In this document: positions 29,986 through 40,979 of the stretch, in pieces
Layout: each line of letters opens with the position of its first letter
How positions within the stretch are numbered: the first letter of the stretch is position 1
Assembly (NCBI GenBank): GCA_041661865.1
Contig: JBAZTO010000019.1
Span: 252 to 64,251, forward strand
Origin: Phycisphaerae bacterium
GTDB lineage: Bacteria > Planctomycetota > Phycisphaerae > SM23-33
Direction: 5' to 3'
Length of the DNA stretch: 64,000 nucleotides
Program-made: the position numbers and the translations under genes
The notes under the pieces: model-generated
The model's input: only the letters and a program-made list of their open reading frames with translations
Told to the model about the DNA's origin: nothing
Databases searched by the model: none

Positions 29986-30326
29986 TCCACCTCGACACTT
30001 TCCACGTACAACTCGTCGCCGCCCTCCAGCGAGACATTCGATCCGCACACGGCGCAGCGCGGGTCGAGAGGGCCGGCCCCGTCGTAGTCTCGCCGCTGGC
30101 GGCAGTCCTTGCACACCAGGCGGGCCGCGGCACGCGTGATGACCATCGTGGCCCCTTCGGCGGGCGTGCCCTTGCTGAGGTGTCCAAACCACAGCAGCAA
30201 AGGCTCGTTCTCCACGCCCGACAGCGCGCCGGCCACCACGGTCACTCGGGTGATCTTCGGCCTGTCCTTGGGCGTGGCTTCCATGGCCACGCGAAGGATC
30301 GATTCCGCAATGGCGCCTTCGTGCAT
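29982..30326 (-). CDS. hypA: Hydrogenase nickel incorporation protein HypA
   Basis: MHE N-terminus and zinc-finger cysteines CxxC...CxxC (CKDC ... CAVCG); overlaps hypB by 4 nt (ATGA). Confidence 0.8.
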   Translation of the reverse strand: MHEGAIAESILRVAMEATPKDRPKITRVTVVAGALSGVENEPLLLWFGHLSKGTPAEGATMVITRAAARLVCKDCRQRRDYDGAGPLDPRCAVCGSNVSLEGGDELYVESVEVE

Positions 30327-30415
30327 GGTTCTATTCTAATCGATAGGGTAAGAAGTTACGAATGGGATTGGATACTGCCTCGCATCCACCCTATATTTTC
30401 AAAACGGATGGAATC

Positions 30416-32407
30416 CTATGCCCGGAAGGGCAGGATCACGAACGGTACGCCTTTGCGATAGAGGCGTTTCTGCACCGCGAAGACCAGGTTGTTGTGCAGC
30501 AACCGCGTGAAGAACGACTCGTTGTTGAAGATCAACTGGCCGGCGAAGAACACCACGTCGGGATACTTCTGCACCACCTCGGCCGCGGCCTGGTCGATCT
30601 CGTCGGCGATGTCGGTGCCCACGCGGGTGATGCACTCGGCGTAGTAGCCTTCCTTCTGCATCAGGTCCACATAGCGGTTGTTCTCATCGTGGATGTGCTC
30701 GCGAAGATTGTTCAGTTCGGCGATGCCCTTGAAGTTGCCGGCATCGACCATTCCCACGGCCAGGAAGACGAAGTTCTTGAAGCTGTCGCCGAAGTAGCGA
30801 ATGACGTTCTGCGTGGAGTGGAGCCCCAGGCCGTTGAAGCCGTTGACCAAAATGGCGGCGGTCTTGGCCTTGGGGTCAAAAACCGGCGCGGCAGCCGTCG
30901 CGATGACCTTGGACTGCAGCGTCTGGGTCAGCACGGCCTGGGCAAGCTTGTTGAGGCTGGTCAGGCTCTTGCCCACCGCGTTGTAATGGCGGCGAATGGA
31001 GCTGACCATCGCCACCAGGCCCACCGTCACCACCAGCGTCACCCAGCCGCCCTCGAAGAACTTCAGCACCGTCACCCAGACCAGGATGAAGCCCGTCATC
31101 ACCAACCCCGCGCCGTTGATGAACAGGCGGTGTCCCCAGCCCGGCTCCTTGTGTCGGACCTGCCACCAGTGGCGGACCATGCCTGTCTGCGAGAGGACGA
31201 ACGTAATGAAGACGTTGATACTGTAAAGCACCACCAGCGTGGAGACTTCACCTCCGGTGCCCAGCAGGGTCACGGCGGCGGCGGAGCTCATAATAAGTAT
31301 GCCATTGCGGGTGACCAGGCGGTCGCTGAGCATCGACAGGCGCGTGGGCAGCCAGCGGTCGGTGGCCATGTTGGCCAGCACACGCGGCCCGCCCAGGAAG
31401 CCGGTCTGCGCGGCGATGAACAGGATGGTGGCCTCGGAGATCAGGGTGATGATGACGAAGGGCTGGCCCCAGGCTGCGCTCCAGCCCTGGGTGGCCTTGG
31501 TCAACATGACGGCGTTGAGACTCTTGCCCGGAACCTCATGCACATTGAAAAGCATGTAGGTCAGCATCAACCCCACTGACGCGATGGCCAGGGAGATCCA
31601 CATGTAGGTCATGGTCCGCTTGGCCGTCTGGACGCGCGGCTCGCGCAGGATGGCCATGCTGTTGCTGACGGCCTCGATGCCGGTGTAGGTGCCCGCGCCC
31701 ATGCTGTAGGAGTGCATCAGCAGGAAAAGCATCCCCCAGATGCCCAGCGCGCCGCGCGCCTGGCGTGTCTGCGTGGTCACGTTTCCCGCCAACTGGCCGA
31801 ACTCTGTCACGTGGGTGGCCAGGGCGTAAACGATCACGAAGGCGTGGGCCAGCACGAAGATCAGGAAAATCGGCACCAGCGGGACGACCGACTCCCTGGC
31901 CCCGCGGATGTTCAGCAGGGTCATAACCACGATGACGCCGATGGCGAACCACAGCTTGTACTTGACCCACGGCTCGGGCAGGAAGCTGAACAGCGCGTCG
32001 GCCCCGCTGGCGATGGAGATGGCGATGGTCAGCACATAATCCACCAGCAGCGCGCAGCCGGAGACGGCCCCCGCGCGCGGCGAGAGCAACTTGCTGGCCA
32101 CCAGGTATCCGCCGCCGCCGGAGGGGAACAATTCGATGATCTGCGAGTAGCTGGCGCTGATGACGAAGATCGTCACCGCGGTGGCCAGGGCCACGAAGAT
32201 GCCCAGATAGGGATATTCCTTGAGCGCGATGAACGCCTCGGGCGGGCCATAGCACGACGAGGAGAGTCCGTCGCTGCCCAGGCCCACCCAGGCCAGGAAT
32301 GCGGCCAGGGAAAGCTTGTGGAAGATCGTCCGGTCGTGGACGCTGCGGGCGCCGCCGACGATCAGCCGCGTGAGGCGCTCGTTGAATGGCGTCTTAACTT
32401 CTGACAT
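30416..32407 (-). CDS. APC-superfamily permease with about 200-aa C-terminal cytoplasmic domain
   Basis: 12 TM amino-acid/polyamine/organocation permease core followed by a soluble C-terminal extension. Confidence 0.75.
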   Translation of the reverse strand: MSEVKTPFNERLTRLIVGGARSVHDRTIFHKLSLAAFLAWVGLGSDGLSSSCYGPPEAFIALKEYPYLGIFVALATAVTIFVISASYSQIIELFPSGGGGYLVASKLLSPRAGAVSGCALLVDYVLTIAISIASGADALFSFLPEPWVKYKLWFAIGVIVVMTLLNIRGARESVVPLVPIFLIFVLAHAFVIVYALATHVTEFGQLAGNVTTQTRQARGALGIWGMLFLLMHSYSMGAGTYTGIEAVSNSMAILREPRVQTAKRTMTYMWISLAIASVGLMLTYMLFNVHEVPGKSLNAVMLTKATQGWSAAWGQPFVIITLISEATILFIAAQTGFLGGPRVLANMATDRWLPTRLSMLSDRLVTRNGILIMSSAAAVTLLGTGGEVSTLVVLYSINVFITFVLSQTGMVRHWWQVRHKEPGWGHRLFINGAGLVMTGFILVWVTVLKFFEGGWVTLVVTVGLVAMVSSIRRHYNAVGKSLTSLNKLAQAVLTQTLQSKVIATAAAPVFDPKAKTAAILVNGFNGLGLHSTQNVIRYFGDSFKNFVFLAVGMVDAGNFKGIAELNNLREHIHDENNRYVDLMQKEGYYAECITRVGTDIADEIDQAAAEVVQKYPDVVFFAGQLIFNNESFFTRLLHNNLVFAVQKRLYRKGVPFVILPFRA

Positions 32408-32541
32408 AGTCCGCCATTATATGGCCCCGGGCGGGATAATCGCCAGTGGGTGGGGGGCACGGCCCGTCGGCCTGCGGTCGCCGGGCTGAAAGCCCAGGGC
32501 ATGATTCACTACCGTCGCGGCTGGGGTATCTCAGGGTCACG

Positions 32542-33054
32542 CTACTGTCCTGCCACAACCACATATTCGGCAAAGATCCGCTGGTTGAAGGGGCTTGAGA
32601 AGGTGGCCACCAGGACAAACTTCTGGCCCGGCTTGGCCGGCTGTGTCCACTGGAGCTTGAACTCGTAGGCGCGGGTGATGTTGTTCCAGTGGGACAGGTT
32701 GGCCTTGGCCTCAAGCATCGGCACATCCCAGGCGGCGATCTTGACGTCCTTGGGGTCGGTGCTGACGTTGCGGAAGGTGTAAAGCTCGAAGCGGAAGTCC
32801 CCGTAAGCCCTGGTCGTGTCGCCGTAGGCATCCAGCGCCTCGATCCGCACGTCCAGGCCGCGCACTCCGTTGGCGTCCTCCAAGTCCCGCAAGGCCGTGA
32901 AGGGATGAATCCGCAGCGACTGGGGCAGCATCAGGTTGATCGGCGAGGGCACCGGCGTCAGTGAGGGCGTGTTACTCCCGGCGCAACCGCACAGGGGCAG
33001 GCAGATTCCCGCCAGGCACAACAGGCCGATATGTCGCAGGCTCCAGCTCTTCAC
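32542..33054 (-). CDS. Hypothetical lipoprotein
   Basis: Signal peptide with lipobox-like LCGC (KSWSLRHIGLLCLAGICLPLCGCAGS); GTG start at 33054 or ATG at 33099. Confidence 0.4.
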   Translation of the reverse strand: MKSWSLRHIGLLCLAGICLPLCGCAGSNTPSLTPVPSPINLMLPQSLRIHPFTALRDLEDANGVRGLDVRIEALDAYGDTTRAYGDFRFELYTFRNVSTDPKDVKIAAWDVPMLEAKANLSHWNNITRAYEFKLQWTQPAKPGQKFVLVATFSSPFNQRIFAEYVVVAGQ

Positions 33055-33153
33055 GCAGACTTCCTTTGAGATCAACTCGCCGACGCAGGACAATATCAAC
33101 CGCTCTGGGGGCCGTCAAATACAAACCGTCCCGGCGGGGCGGGCGACCACTCG

Positions 33154-34287
33154 TCAGGGCGCGGGCGTCAGCGTGAATACGGTGACCTCCGCCGGCGCGC
33201 CCAGGCGGATGGGTGGGCCCCATGTGCCGGCCCCGATGTTGACGTACAGGCTCGATCCGTCGCTCAGGTCATAGAGGCCGCGGTAGTAGGGGTAGATTCT
33301 CCGCGAAATGACCTGGAACGGGAACACCTGCCCGCCGTGCGTGTGGCCCGAAAGCTGGATCACGAAACGCCCCAAGGATCGTGCGTCGAGGCGCGGCTGG
33401 TGCTTGAGTAGCAGCGTCGGCGTGGGCGCAGCGCCGGGGGCCAGTGCAGCCGCCTCGTCGGGGAAGCAATCCTGGCCGGTGCGTTTGCCGGCGGGGTCAT
33501 CCACGCCGGCTAGACGAACGCGACCATCGAGGACGACGGATTGCTGGCGAAGCACCTGGAACCCAGCCGCCTCGTGAAAGGCCAGGCTCGCGGGCAGGCC
33601 GGTGTAGAACTCGTGGTTGCCCAGGATGGCGAATTTGCCCATCGGCGGAGTGATGGCGGCGAAGGCGTCGGCCTCCCATTGCAGGTTGGCCGGCGAGGTG
33701 TCCACCATGTCGCCGGTGCTGATCAGCACATCGGGGGATTCCCGCTGAACCAGGCCGATAATGCGGTCGAAGCGGCGGGCGTTCATGTATTCGCCCAGGT
33801 GGAGGTCGGAAATCTGCATCAGGCGGATGGGCCGCCCGGCGGGCAGGCCCGGGACCGCGATCGTCAGCCGCCGGACCTGGATGTCCTGGGCGCCCAGGAG
33901 TCCGCAGGTGAGCAAGGTCGCGATGATCGCCGCGATGGCCGGCAGGTAGACCTTCCCCGGCACGAGAAGGAGCCTGGCCGCAGGGAAGGGCCCAGCCGCT
34001 CCGCGCAGGGCAAGGTTCCAGACATCGACGGCGGCCATGAGCACCAGGAACCAGAAGGCCACCGCCATCCACGAATAGCAGACGAAGCCGGCGACCTTGG
34101 CCAGCGAGAGCCAGTGGCCCTTTTCGAGGTAGTGGGCGATGAAGGGCCCGGCCACCATCACCAGCAGGAAGGCGGCAATGGCGATCCGCCAGTAACCCAA
34201 CTGCGGGTAGACGCAGAACACCTTCCAAAACAGGTAGGAGTTCATCGCGCCGTAGAGAGTCAGAAAAATCAGGAGGAACCAATGCAT
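33154..34287 (-). CDS. Membrane-anchored metallophosphoesterase (calcineurin-like phosphoesterase)
   Basis: N-terminal TM helices then MPP motifs (ISDLH, GDMVD, GNHEF, GHTHGGQ). Confidence 0.8.
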   Translation of the reverse strand: MHWFLLIFLTLYGAMNSYLFWKVFCVYPQLGYWRIAIAAFLLVMVAGPFIAHYLEKGHWLSLAKVAGFVCYSWMAVAFWFLVLMAAVDVWNLALRGAAGPFPAARLLLVPGKVYLPAIAAIIATLLTCGLLGAQDIQVRRLTIAVPGLPAGRPIRLMQISDLHLGEYMNARRFDRIIGLVQRESPDVLISTGDMVDTSPANLQWEADAFAAITPPMGKFAILGNHEFYTGLPASLAFHEAAGFQVLRQQSVVLDGRVRLAGVDDPAGKRTGQDCFPDEAAALAPGAAPTPTLLLKHQPRLDARSLGRFVIQLSGHTHGGQVFPFQVISRRIYPYYRGLYDLSDGSSLYVNIGAGTWGPPIRLGAPAEVTVFTLTPAP

Positions 34288-34332
34288 ACCACCATTATGG
34301 CGGCGTGGCGGACCAATCTCAAGTGCAGCGGC

Positions 34333-35598
34333 CTATCTCAGCCTCAGCCGGAAGTACACCCACTGCTTGCCGCCGCCGGAAGGGAAGACCCCGTCGATGA
34401 TGTCAGCCAGGGGCGTGCCGCATCGCGGCAGCGACAGGCCGTAGCCGGCGTACTCGACCTTGTATCCCTTCAGGTCCAACTGGATGGGCTTGTCCAGTTC
34501 CGTGCCGTCGTCGTTCAAGGCTGGGTAGATCAGGCCTGACTCGGCCAGGATGTAAAACCGGCCGGTTGAATCCTGGAAGATTCGGCACAAGCCCGGATTC
34601 CCCGGCAGGAGCACGTCTTTGAGTACCGCTCCGTCGCGGCTCAGGACCGCATGGCGGATCTGCCATTTCCCGCCGGTTTCCCTGGTCGCGAAGGAGTGCA
34701 AAACGTGCATTCGTCCTGTCGTGTCCATGTAGGCGTCCAGGGCGCGGCAGTCAGCCCTGAGGAAGTCCGGCGAGATGGGCGACTCAATGCTCCCTGCCTC
34801 GGCCAGGGGCTTGCGGAGGATGTCGGGCGAGCGCCAGAGCCGCCACTCGTTGAAGACGTAGGGGTACTTCTGATGCTCCGGCGGGGTGGGGATGCCGAAG
34901 GCTTCGTACTTCACGTCGCGGCTGGCGACGAGCGACAGTCCGCCGCCTGCCTGCGGGATCACATAGGCGTAGCAGTGGCGAAAGTCGGTCGGCAGCGAAT
35001 GGAACCGCCACTTGTCCCTGCTCCCGGCCCTTTGATTGGCCGGTCCGGTGTAGGCCAGGTTGATCTTGGCCGGCGACTTGTTGCTGTTGCCTCCACAGGA
35101 TTGGACGATGCAGATGTTGCCTTCGCTGTCGATACCGGCGGCGTTGTAAGGCCAGTGGCTATCCTCCCACGCGCCGGGTACGACCTCGTCGGGCACGCGA
35201 TACTTGCCGTTGGCCCGCGTCGCGGTCCAGACCGTCGGCCGCTTGTCGGGCCAGGCGACGATGTGCAGAGTGCCTCCCGGACCGGCCAGCAGATTGACCG
35301 GCTCGCGCCCGCTGCGGTCGGACTTGATGAGCTTCCAGCCCTCGTCGGTCCGTTTGACCAGCCGCCATTCCCGATCGAAACCTCCTGCCGCGGTGTAAGC
35401 AGTGAAGACGCCCTCGTCGGTGCGGACGATGCGAGCCTGATGGCCGCCCCAGGCGTTGCCACTGTCGCCGGCCATGGCTTCGTCAGTTACCAACTCCAAC
35501 GTTTCGATCACCGGCGTGGCCGGTTGGCTCTGGCCGACCAGCCCGCGGGTCAACGCCAGTAGGACCATCACGCCCGCAAGAGTTCCCTTGTTTCGCAT
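34333..35598 (-). CDS. Secreted hypothetical protein (signal peptide)
   Basis: 421 aa; N-terminal MRNKGTLAGVMVLLALTRGLVGQSQP signal peptide; no confident family match. Confidence 0.45.
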   Translation of the reverse strand: MRNKGTLAGVMVLLALTRGLVGQSQPATPVIETLELVTDEAMAGDSGNAWGGHQARIVRTDEGVFTAYTAAGGFDREWRLVKRTDEGWKLIKSDRSGREPVNLLAGPGGTLHIVAWPDKRPTVWTATRANGKYRVPDEVVPGAWEDSHWPYNAAGIDSEGNICIVQSCGGNSNKSPAKINLAYTGPANQRAGSRDKWRFHSLPTDFRHCYAYVIPQAGGGLSLVASRDVKYEAFGIPTPPEHQKYPYVFNEWRLWRSPDILRKPLAEAGSIESPISPDFLRADCRALDAYMDTTGRMHVLHSFATRETGGKWQIRHAVLSRDGAVLKDVLLPGNPGLCRIFQDSTGRFYILAESGLIYPALNDDGTELDKPIQLDLKGYKVEYAGYGLSLPRCGTPLADIIDGVFPSGGGKQWVYFRLRLR

Positions 35599-35715
35599 CG
35601 TCCGTTCTCCTTCAGGGCCGGATTATCCCGACCGGCTGCACAATAATCAAACGAAGTGGAAACAGTATCCTTGCCATAATCGTCGAGGGCACGCCCAGGT
35701 TCCTGATTGCCGGCG

Positions 35716-38184
35716 TCAGGCTTTTTCGGCCGATGGAGTGGCCGGGGCGTCGGGATTCGTGGGTGAGGAGTCGGGGGGCATCGGAGTTGTCGGGGCAGGC
35801 GCCGCGGGCGCGGGTTCAGGCGGGGCTGTCGGTTGGGCGGCGGCGGGATTCCGGGCGGCCTGCTTTTCGGCCTGGACCCTGGCGGCCAGCAGTTCGGCGG
35901 CCGAGGCCCGCTTGCCCGCCGGCGTGGGGTAGCTGGGTCGCGAATGGTAGATGCCGCAGAGGCTTTTGATGAGGGATTGCTCGATCAGGTGTACTTCCTT
36001 GAGCGTCAGGTCGCAATCGTCGAGCTGGCCGTCCATCAGGCGGCGGTTGACCATGGTGTGGACCTGGTTCTCGATCCGCCCGGGCGTCGGCTCGGACATC
36101 GACCGCACCGACGACTCCGCCGCATCGGCCAGCATGAGGATGGCGCATTCCTTGGATCGCGGCTTGGGGCCGGGATAGCGGAACTCCACCTCGTCGGGGG
36201 CCCGCTCGAGCCTGGGGCGGTGCTTCTCGGTGGCGGACTGGTAGAAGTATTGCAGCAGCGTCGTGCCGTGATGGCTGGTGATGAACTCGTGGAGTACCCT
36301 GGGCAGCTTGTATCGCCGGGCCAGCTCGATGCCGTCCTTGACGTGTCCGATGATAATCAGCAGGCTCATCGCCGGGGAAAGTTTGGCGTGCTTGGAGGCG
36401 ATGGAACACTGATTCTCCACGAAATACTCAGCCTTGTTGATCTTGCCGATGTCGTGGTAGTACGCGCCCACGCGGGCCAGCAGTCCCCGGGCCCCGATGG
36501 CGTCGGCGGCGGCCTCGCACATGGTGCCCAGTTGCAGCGAGTGGTTGTAGGTGCCCGGAGCGTCCATGGCCAGGCGTTTGAGCAGCGGCTTGGACGCATC
36601 GCACCATTCCAGCAGGGTCAGGCTCGTGGCCACCCCGACCAGGCGCTCGATGAGGGGCAGGATTCCCTGGGCCAGGAAGCCCACCAGCACCGCAAAGCCC
36701 GCCGCCCACAGCCCGTCGCTCAGGATGAAACGCCAGGGCACGCTGGCGGCCAGTCCCACGGCGCAGACGGTCAGAAAGATCACAACGGCGGCGACGGCGT
36801 TGACCTCGATCAGGCGGCTGCGGCGGCGGATCTCGCGGAGTTGGAAAACCACCGCCATCAGGGCAGCCAGCAGGACCAGGAACAGCGCAAAGTCGGCCTG
36901 CAATTGGAAAACCATCAGCACCGATAGCATGGCCCCCATGACGAAGGCGAATCGCTGGTCATAGGCGACGGTCAGAATAATGGCGCCCAGCAGGATGGGC
37001 AGGACCATCGCGTGGATGTTGCACTGGAGCGGGAAGTACATGGCCTTGGCCAGCGCCATCATCAGCAGGAGCAGGACGCCCAGTTGCGCGCCGCGCCAGT
37101 AGTTTCGGATCACCTGGGTTTGCAGCCGCACGACGTAGAAGCAGATCATGGCCGTGATGAGCAGGCCGATGGCGGCGCGCCCGGTGGCCCGGCCCAGCCT
37201 CAACCAGGGATGCTCGCTCTTCTCGCGGGCCACGAAGGCCTCGTGCTCGGCGGCCAGCAGCAGCAGGTCATCGGCGTCCAGGCCGACGGCCTTGCCCCCG
37301 GCCAGGTCGCGCAGGCTGCGGCGCACGAGCCGCTCGCCTTCCTTGAAATGCTCCTTGGGCGGGTCGGCCTGGATCGCGGCGATGCGGGCATCGACGTCTC
37401 TCCGCGTGGCGGCCTTGTCGATCTCGTAGAGCGGGATGCGGGGGCGGGCGACCATGAAGGTGTTGACCAGGTAGCTGCGAACGCTCTCGCGGATGGAGGG
37501 ATCAACCTCGCGGACCAGATGCGCGACTGTCTCCTCCACGTCGGTGGACCTGTCCAGGCTGATCAGGCGCCTGGCGCGGATTGTCTCCCGTCCGCTGGGG
37601 GTGATAAGGTAGACATCGGGGCTGGCGTTATCGAGATCGCTGGCCAGGACGAGCGGAGTCTGCTGGAGGGCCAGCCGCAGACCCTGGAGTTGCTCGGGGT
37701 AACCGGGGCTTCGGGCCGGCTGGGTGACGGCCTTCCAGGCCTGGATGGATTCGGGGGCCGAAAGGGCGAACTCCCGACGCAGGTTGGGGTCCACGTCCGA
37801 TGGTTGGGTTGCCGGCGACAGCTTGCCCGGCAGCGCTGTCAGGTCCGAGACGATCTTGCTGATGGCGGCAGCATTAAGCTTGAAGGTGGGCGGGGTGGTG
37901 TTGGCGACATTGTCGATGGCCTTGTCCAGCAGACGCTGTGGGGCAATGTCGAAATCGACTCTGGCGTGGATGTCCTGGGGGAGGTACTCCCCGCGCCGGT
38001 AGGGCAGCGGGTCCGACGGCCAGGTGTCCAGCAGGAGCATGCACAGGAAGAACAGGATCGCCACGATGAGCGAACCGCCCCCGCCGGCGGCCCTGAAACG
38101 CTGCCAAGCGGTCACCGCCTCCGCGGGCATGGCCTTGCGGAAGTCTGAGCGGCGTGGCCCTAACCTTTTCTTAATCAACCACAT
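35716..38184 (-). CDS. 7TM receptor with intracellular HD hydrolase domain (HDIG / PgpH-like)
   Basis: N-terminal extracellular region, 7 TM helices, C-terminal HD domain (HDIGK...ITSHHG); Pro/Ala-rich C-terminal tail; immediately downstream of phoH. Confidence 0.85.
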   Translation of the reverse strand: MWLIKKRLGPRRSDFRKAMPAEAVTAWQRFRAAGGGGSLIVAILFFLCMLLLDTWPSDPLPYRRGEYLPQDIHARVDFDIAPQRLLDKAIDNVANTTPPTFKLNAAAISKIVSDLTALPGKLSPATQPSDVDPNLRREFALSAPESIQAWKAVTQPARSPGYPEQLQGLRLALQQTPLVLASDLDNASPDVYLITPSGRETIRARRLISLDRSTDVEETVAHLVREVDPSIRESVRSYLVNTFMVARPRIPLYEIDKAATRRDVDARIAAIQADPPKEHFKEGERLVRRSLRDLAGGKAVGLDADDLLLLAAEHEAFVAREKSEHPWLRLGRATGRAAIGLLITAMICFYVVRLQTQVIRNYWRGAQLGVLLLLMMALAKAMYFPLQCNIHAMVLPILLGAIILTVAYDQRFAFVMGAMLSVLMVFQLQADFALFLVLLAALMAVVFQLREIRRRSRLIEVNAVAAVVIFLTVCAVGLAASVPWRFILSDGLWAAGFAVLVGFLAQGILPLIERLVGVATSLTLLEWCDASKPLLKRLAMDAPGTYNHSLQLGTMCEAAADAIGARGLLARVGAYYHDIGKINKAEYFVENQCSIASKHAKLSPAMSLLIIIGHVKDGIELARRYKLPRVLHEFITSHHGTTLLQYFYQSATEKHRPRLERAPDEVEFRYPGPKPRSKECAILMLADAAESSVRSMSEPTPGRIENQVHTMVNRRLMDGQLDDCDLTLKEVHLIEQSLIKSLCGIYHSRPSYPTPAGKRASAAELLAARVQAEKQAARNPAAAQPTAPPEPAPAAPAPTTPMPPDSSPTNPDAPATPSAEKA

Positions 38185-38239
38185 AAGGCCGGAAGCTCAA
38201 GGTCTCCACTATCAGGTTTAAGTACAACTCTAATTAATC

Positions 38240-39244
38240 TTATCGGTCATTTGGGCCTGGAGGTGCATCCTCAACGCTCGTGTCCGGCGCTTGCGTCGGC
38301 GCCTCGGGCGGGGTCTTGTCCTTCGAGTAGGCCAGGACGATGCTCTGGACCAGTCGGTGACGCACGATATCCTGGCGCTCCAGCGTGATAAATGCCAGCC
38401 CCTTGATCCCCTGGAGGCGGAGTTTGGCGTCCTGTAGGCCGCTGAGGACGCCCTCGGGCAGGTCCACCTGGCTGTCGTCGCCGGTGATGATCATCTTCGA
38501 GCCGTGCCCCATGCGGGTCAGGAACATGAGCATCTGCGAGGCGGTGGTGTTCTGCGCCTCGTCGAGAATGATGACCGAGTCGTTGAGGGTTCTGCCGCGC
38601 ATGAAGGCCAGCGGGATGATCTCGATGAGGTCGTTGGCCATGAACCGGCGGATCTGGTCATAGTCCATCATGTCGTGCAGGGCGTCGAACAGCGGGCGGA
38701 GGTAGGGGTTGACCTTGGCCTGCATGTCGCCGGGCAGGAAGCCGAGTTTCTCGCCGGCCTCCACGGCGGGGCGGACCAGGACCAGCCGCTTGGCATGCTG
38801 GTGCTTGAGCATGTGTACCGCGATGGCCACGGCCAGGTACGTCTTGCCCGTGCCGGCCGGCCCGGTGCAGAAGACCATGTCCCGCGATCGCATCGCCTCG
38901 ATGTACCGCCGCTGCCCCGCCGTCTTTGGGACAATGGGCTGCCCGGCGACGTAGACGTCCAGGGAATCGACGCTGGCGGTTCCCTTCTGTTCCACCAGAA
39001 GCGAAATGGCGTCGGCGACGCTGGAGGCGTCGACCGGCTCGTTGCGGCGAAGGGCCTTCTGGAGGTTCTCGATGACGGCCGCCGCCCGCGAGACGTTGGC
39101 GGTGGCGCCGGTCACCTTCACCTGGTCGTCACGCGCGAAAATCTGCACATCCAACGCCTGACGGATCATCCTCAGGTGCCTATCGGCCGGCCCGAAAAGC
39201 GCGCCCCGCTTGCGGGGATCTTCCAGTGTTATGCTCAGTTCCAA
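38240..39244 (-). CDS. phoH: PhoH-family ATPase
   Basis: Walker A GPAGTGKTYLA and PhoH signature IILDEAQN...ITGD. Confidence 0.9.
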   Translation of the reverse strand: MELSITLEDPRKRGALFGPADRHLRMIRQALDVQIFARDDQVKVTGATANVSRAAAVIENLQKALRRNEPVDASSVADAISLLVEQKGTASVDSLDVYVAGQPIVPKTAGQRRYIEAMRSRDMVFCTGPAGTGKTYLAVAIAVHMLKHQHAKRLVLVRPAVEAGEKLGFLPGDMQAKVNPYLRPLFDALHDMMDYDQIRRFMANDLIEIIPLAFMRGRTLNDSVIILDEAQNTTASQMLMFLTRMGHGSKMIITGDDSQVDLPEGVLSGLQDAKLRLQGIKGLAFITLERQDIVRHRLVQSIVLAYSKDKTPPEAPTQAPDTSVEDAPPGPNDR

Positions 39245-39440
39245 AAAACCGTTCCTTCAACTAGAACCACAGTGTTGAATACTACCGTCCGGCGGCACAA
39301 GTTGCACGCGGAAGCAGCAAGATTCCGGCGGATCGGTTATTCCCGCAGGCCCCCGCGCCCCGCAGTCAGCGCAAAAAAAAGGCGAGGCGGCAACCGAAGT
39401 CGCCGCCTCGCCCGAGGGTCTCAGGATCAAGAACGAGGAG

Positions 39441-40379
39441 TTATTGCTTGAATGGACCGATCAGGAAGGCGTCGTCAGGCTCCTGCCATGAAGCTCCCCA
39501 TGTGGTACATTTGAGGTCGCCGGTCGTAACGGCGGTACGGCAATTAGCGGGGCCCGTGTTGCCGTAGGTGCTGTAGATATTGTCGTCGCCCTTGCCGCCG
39601 CCCGCCAGCGTGCCGACATCCGCGCGCTTGTTCTTGGAGGTGGAGCCGTCAGCCAACAGGGTATTGTTGAGTTCGCCGTTGTGGTTGGGGCTGTTCCACA
39701 GTTTGATCACGACGTCAGAAGCCTCCGTGCCGGAAGCGGGGAAAGCGTTGGCTTCGAGAGCGGCCTTCTGGCTACCGTCCCAGTTGGGGCTCTTGTCAGC
39801 CATCCAGACCTGCCGAGGACGTTGCGAGGTCAACACGGTGCCTCTTGTAGCCATCTGGTGAGAGTAGCTCACGCCCTTGACGGCCAATAAGGATATGTTC
39901 TTAGTATCATCTCCCCAGGTGCCGGTCTTGGCAGTGCGAAAATGGAAGTCGAAGGCATAGGCGCCGGTGTTGGGATCCTTGGGCTCGGTATCCTTGGTGT
40001 CATCCGTGCTGGGGCAGACAAACAGGCCTGGGTCACTCTGGGTGCTGCGAAGGATCAGGAACATCAATGCCGTGATGGAATGGTCAAGGGCGTTGTTGCT
40101 TGCGTCCCTGCGGGCGCCGTAATTCTTGCCCGTGGGGAAAAAGAAGTTGCTGTCGCCATTAGCAGAGGTATTGGCGCTGGCCAACATCGGATACTTGTCG
40201 TCATTGTCGGCCATGTAAACAAGGCCGGCCTTGCCGATGCCCGACAGGTTCGCCATGCACTTGAGCTGGTTGGCCAGTTCCTTGGCTCTGCCAAGGCTGG
40301 GCAGCAGGATGGAAACCAGCAGGGCGATGATGGCAATAACCACCAACAACTCAACCAGCGTAAAACCCTTTTTCTTCAT
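39441..40379 (-). CDS. DUF1559-type protein with prepilin-type N-terminal cleavage/methylation domain
   Basis: [30 protein letters not shown]-terminus then a DUF1559-like body; ATG 40379 preceded by AAGGAGAG RBS. Confidence 0.85.
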   Translation of the reverse strand: MKKKGFTLVELLVVIAIIALLVSILLPSLGRAKELANQLKCMANLSGIGKAGLVYMADNDDKYPMLASANTSANGDSNFFFPTGKNYGARRDASNNALDHSITALMFLILRSTQSDPGLFVCPSTDDTKDTEPKDPNTGAYAFDFHFRTAKTGTWGDDTKNISLLAVKGVSYSHQMATRGTVLTSQRPRQVWMADKSPNWDGSQKAALEANAFPASGTEASDVVIKLWNSPNHNGELNNTLLADGSTSKNKRADVGTLAGGGKGDDNIYSTYGNTGPANCRTAVTTGDLKCTTWGASWQEPDDAFLIGPFKQ

Positions 40380-40979
40380 GATACTCTCCTTCACCTTTTC
40401 CACCGCCTCGTTGTTCTGCCAGGCAGGCCGTTTCGGACTAACGGGAAAACTGGATAATTAGTCCTTCATGCGGCTCCGAAAGCAGGCTTCCTAGCTCGCC
40501 CAATTCGGCGGTAGGCCTGGTTCGAACTCTCCAGACGAACGCCGTCTGGATTCTTTTCAAGTAAACCAGCGGTTGGCGTTTCCGCTGGGCAGCAACCCAG
40601 TTTGCCTTTCGCGATAAACCGCCGCTTCCAGCGGAAGAGGCCGGGCCTAAACGCTAAAGGCCATCACGCGGGAGAGAGTTCAGGAGAGAGAGCCGAAGAT
40701 TCAAGATCGTATTAGGGCAGACTCATCCAGCTATCGTCTCTCGAACACTTCTCCGTTGCTTAAATTGTACGCGGCGGGCCTAGGCCCTGTCAACGTGTCT
40801 ATCGGCAAAAACCATAGTTTTCAGTAGGATTTGGCTCGCGGCCGGGGCAGGGTTTTCGGCCCACGACCGCCGGGGGAGCCCATTGACAAAGTCCAGCCGG
40901 GGGGCTTACTGTTTACCGTCAGTTGGCAATTCATGGCTTTGCACCTGCCCGGCCGATAGACTAGGTAACTCAAAGCGGT

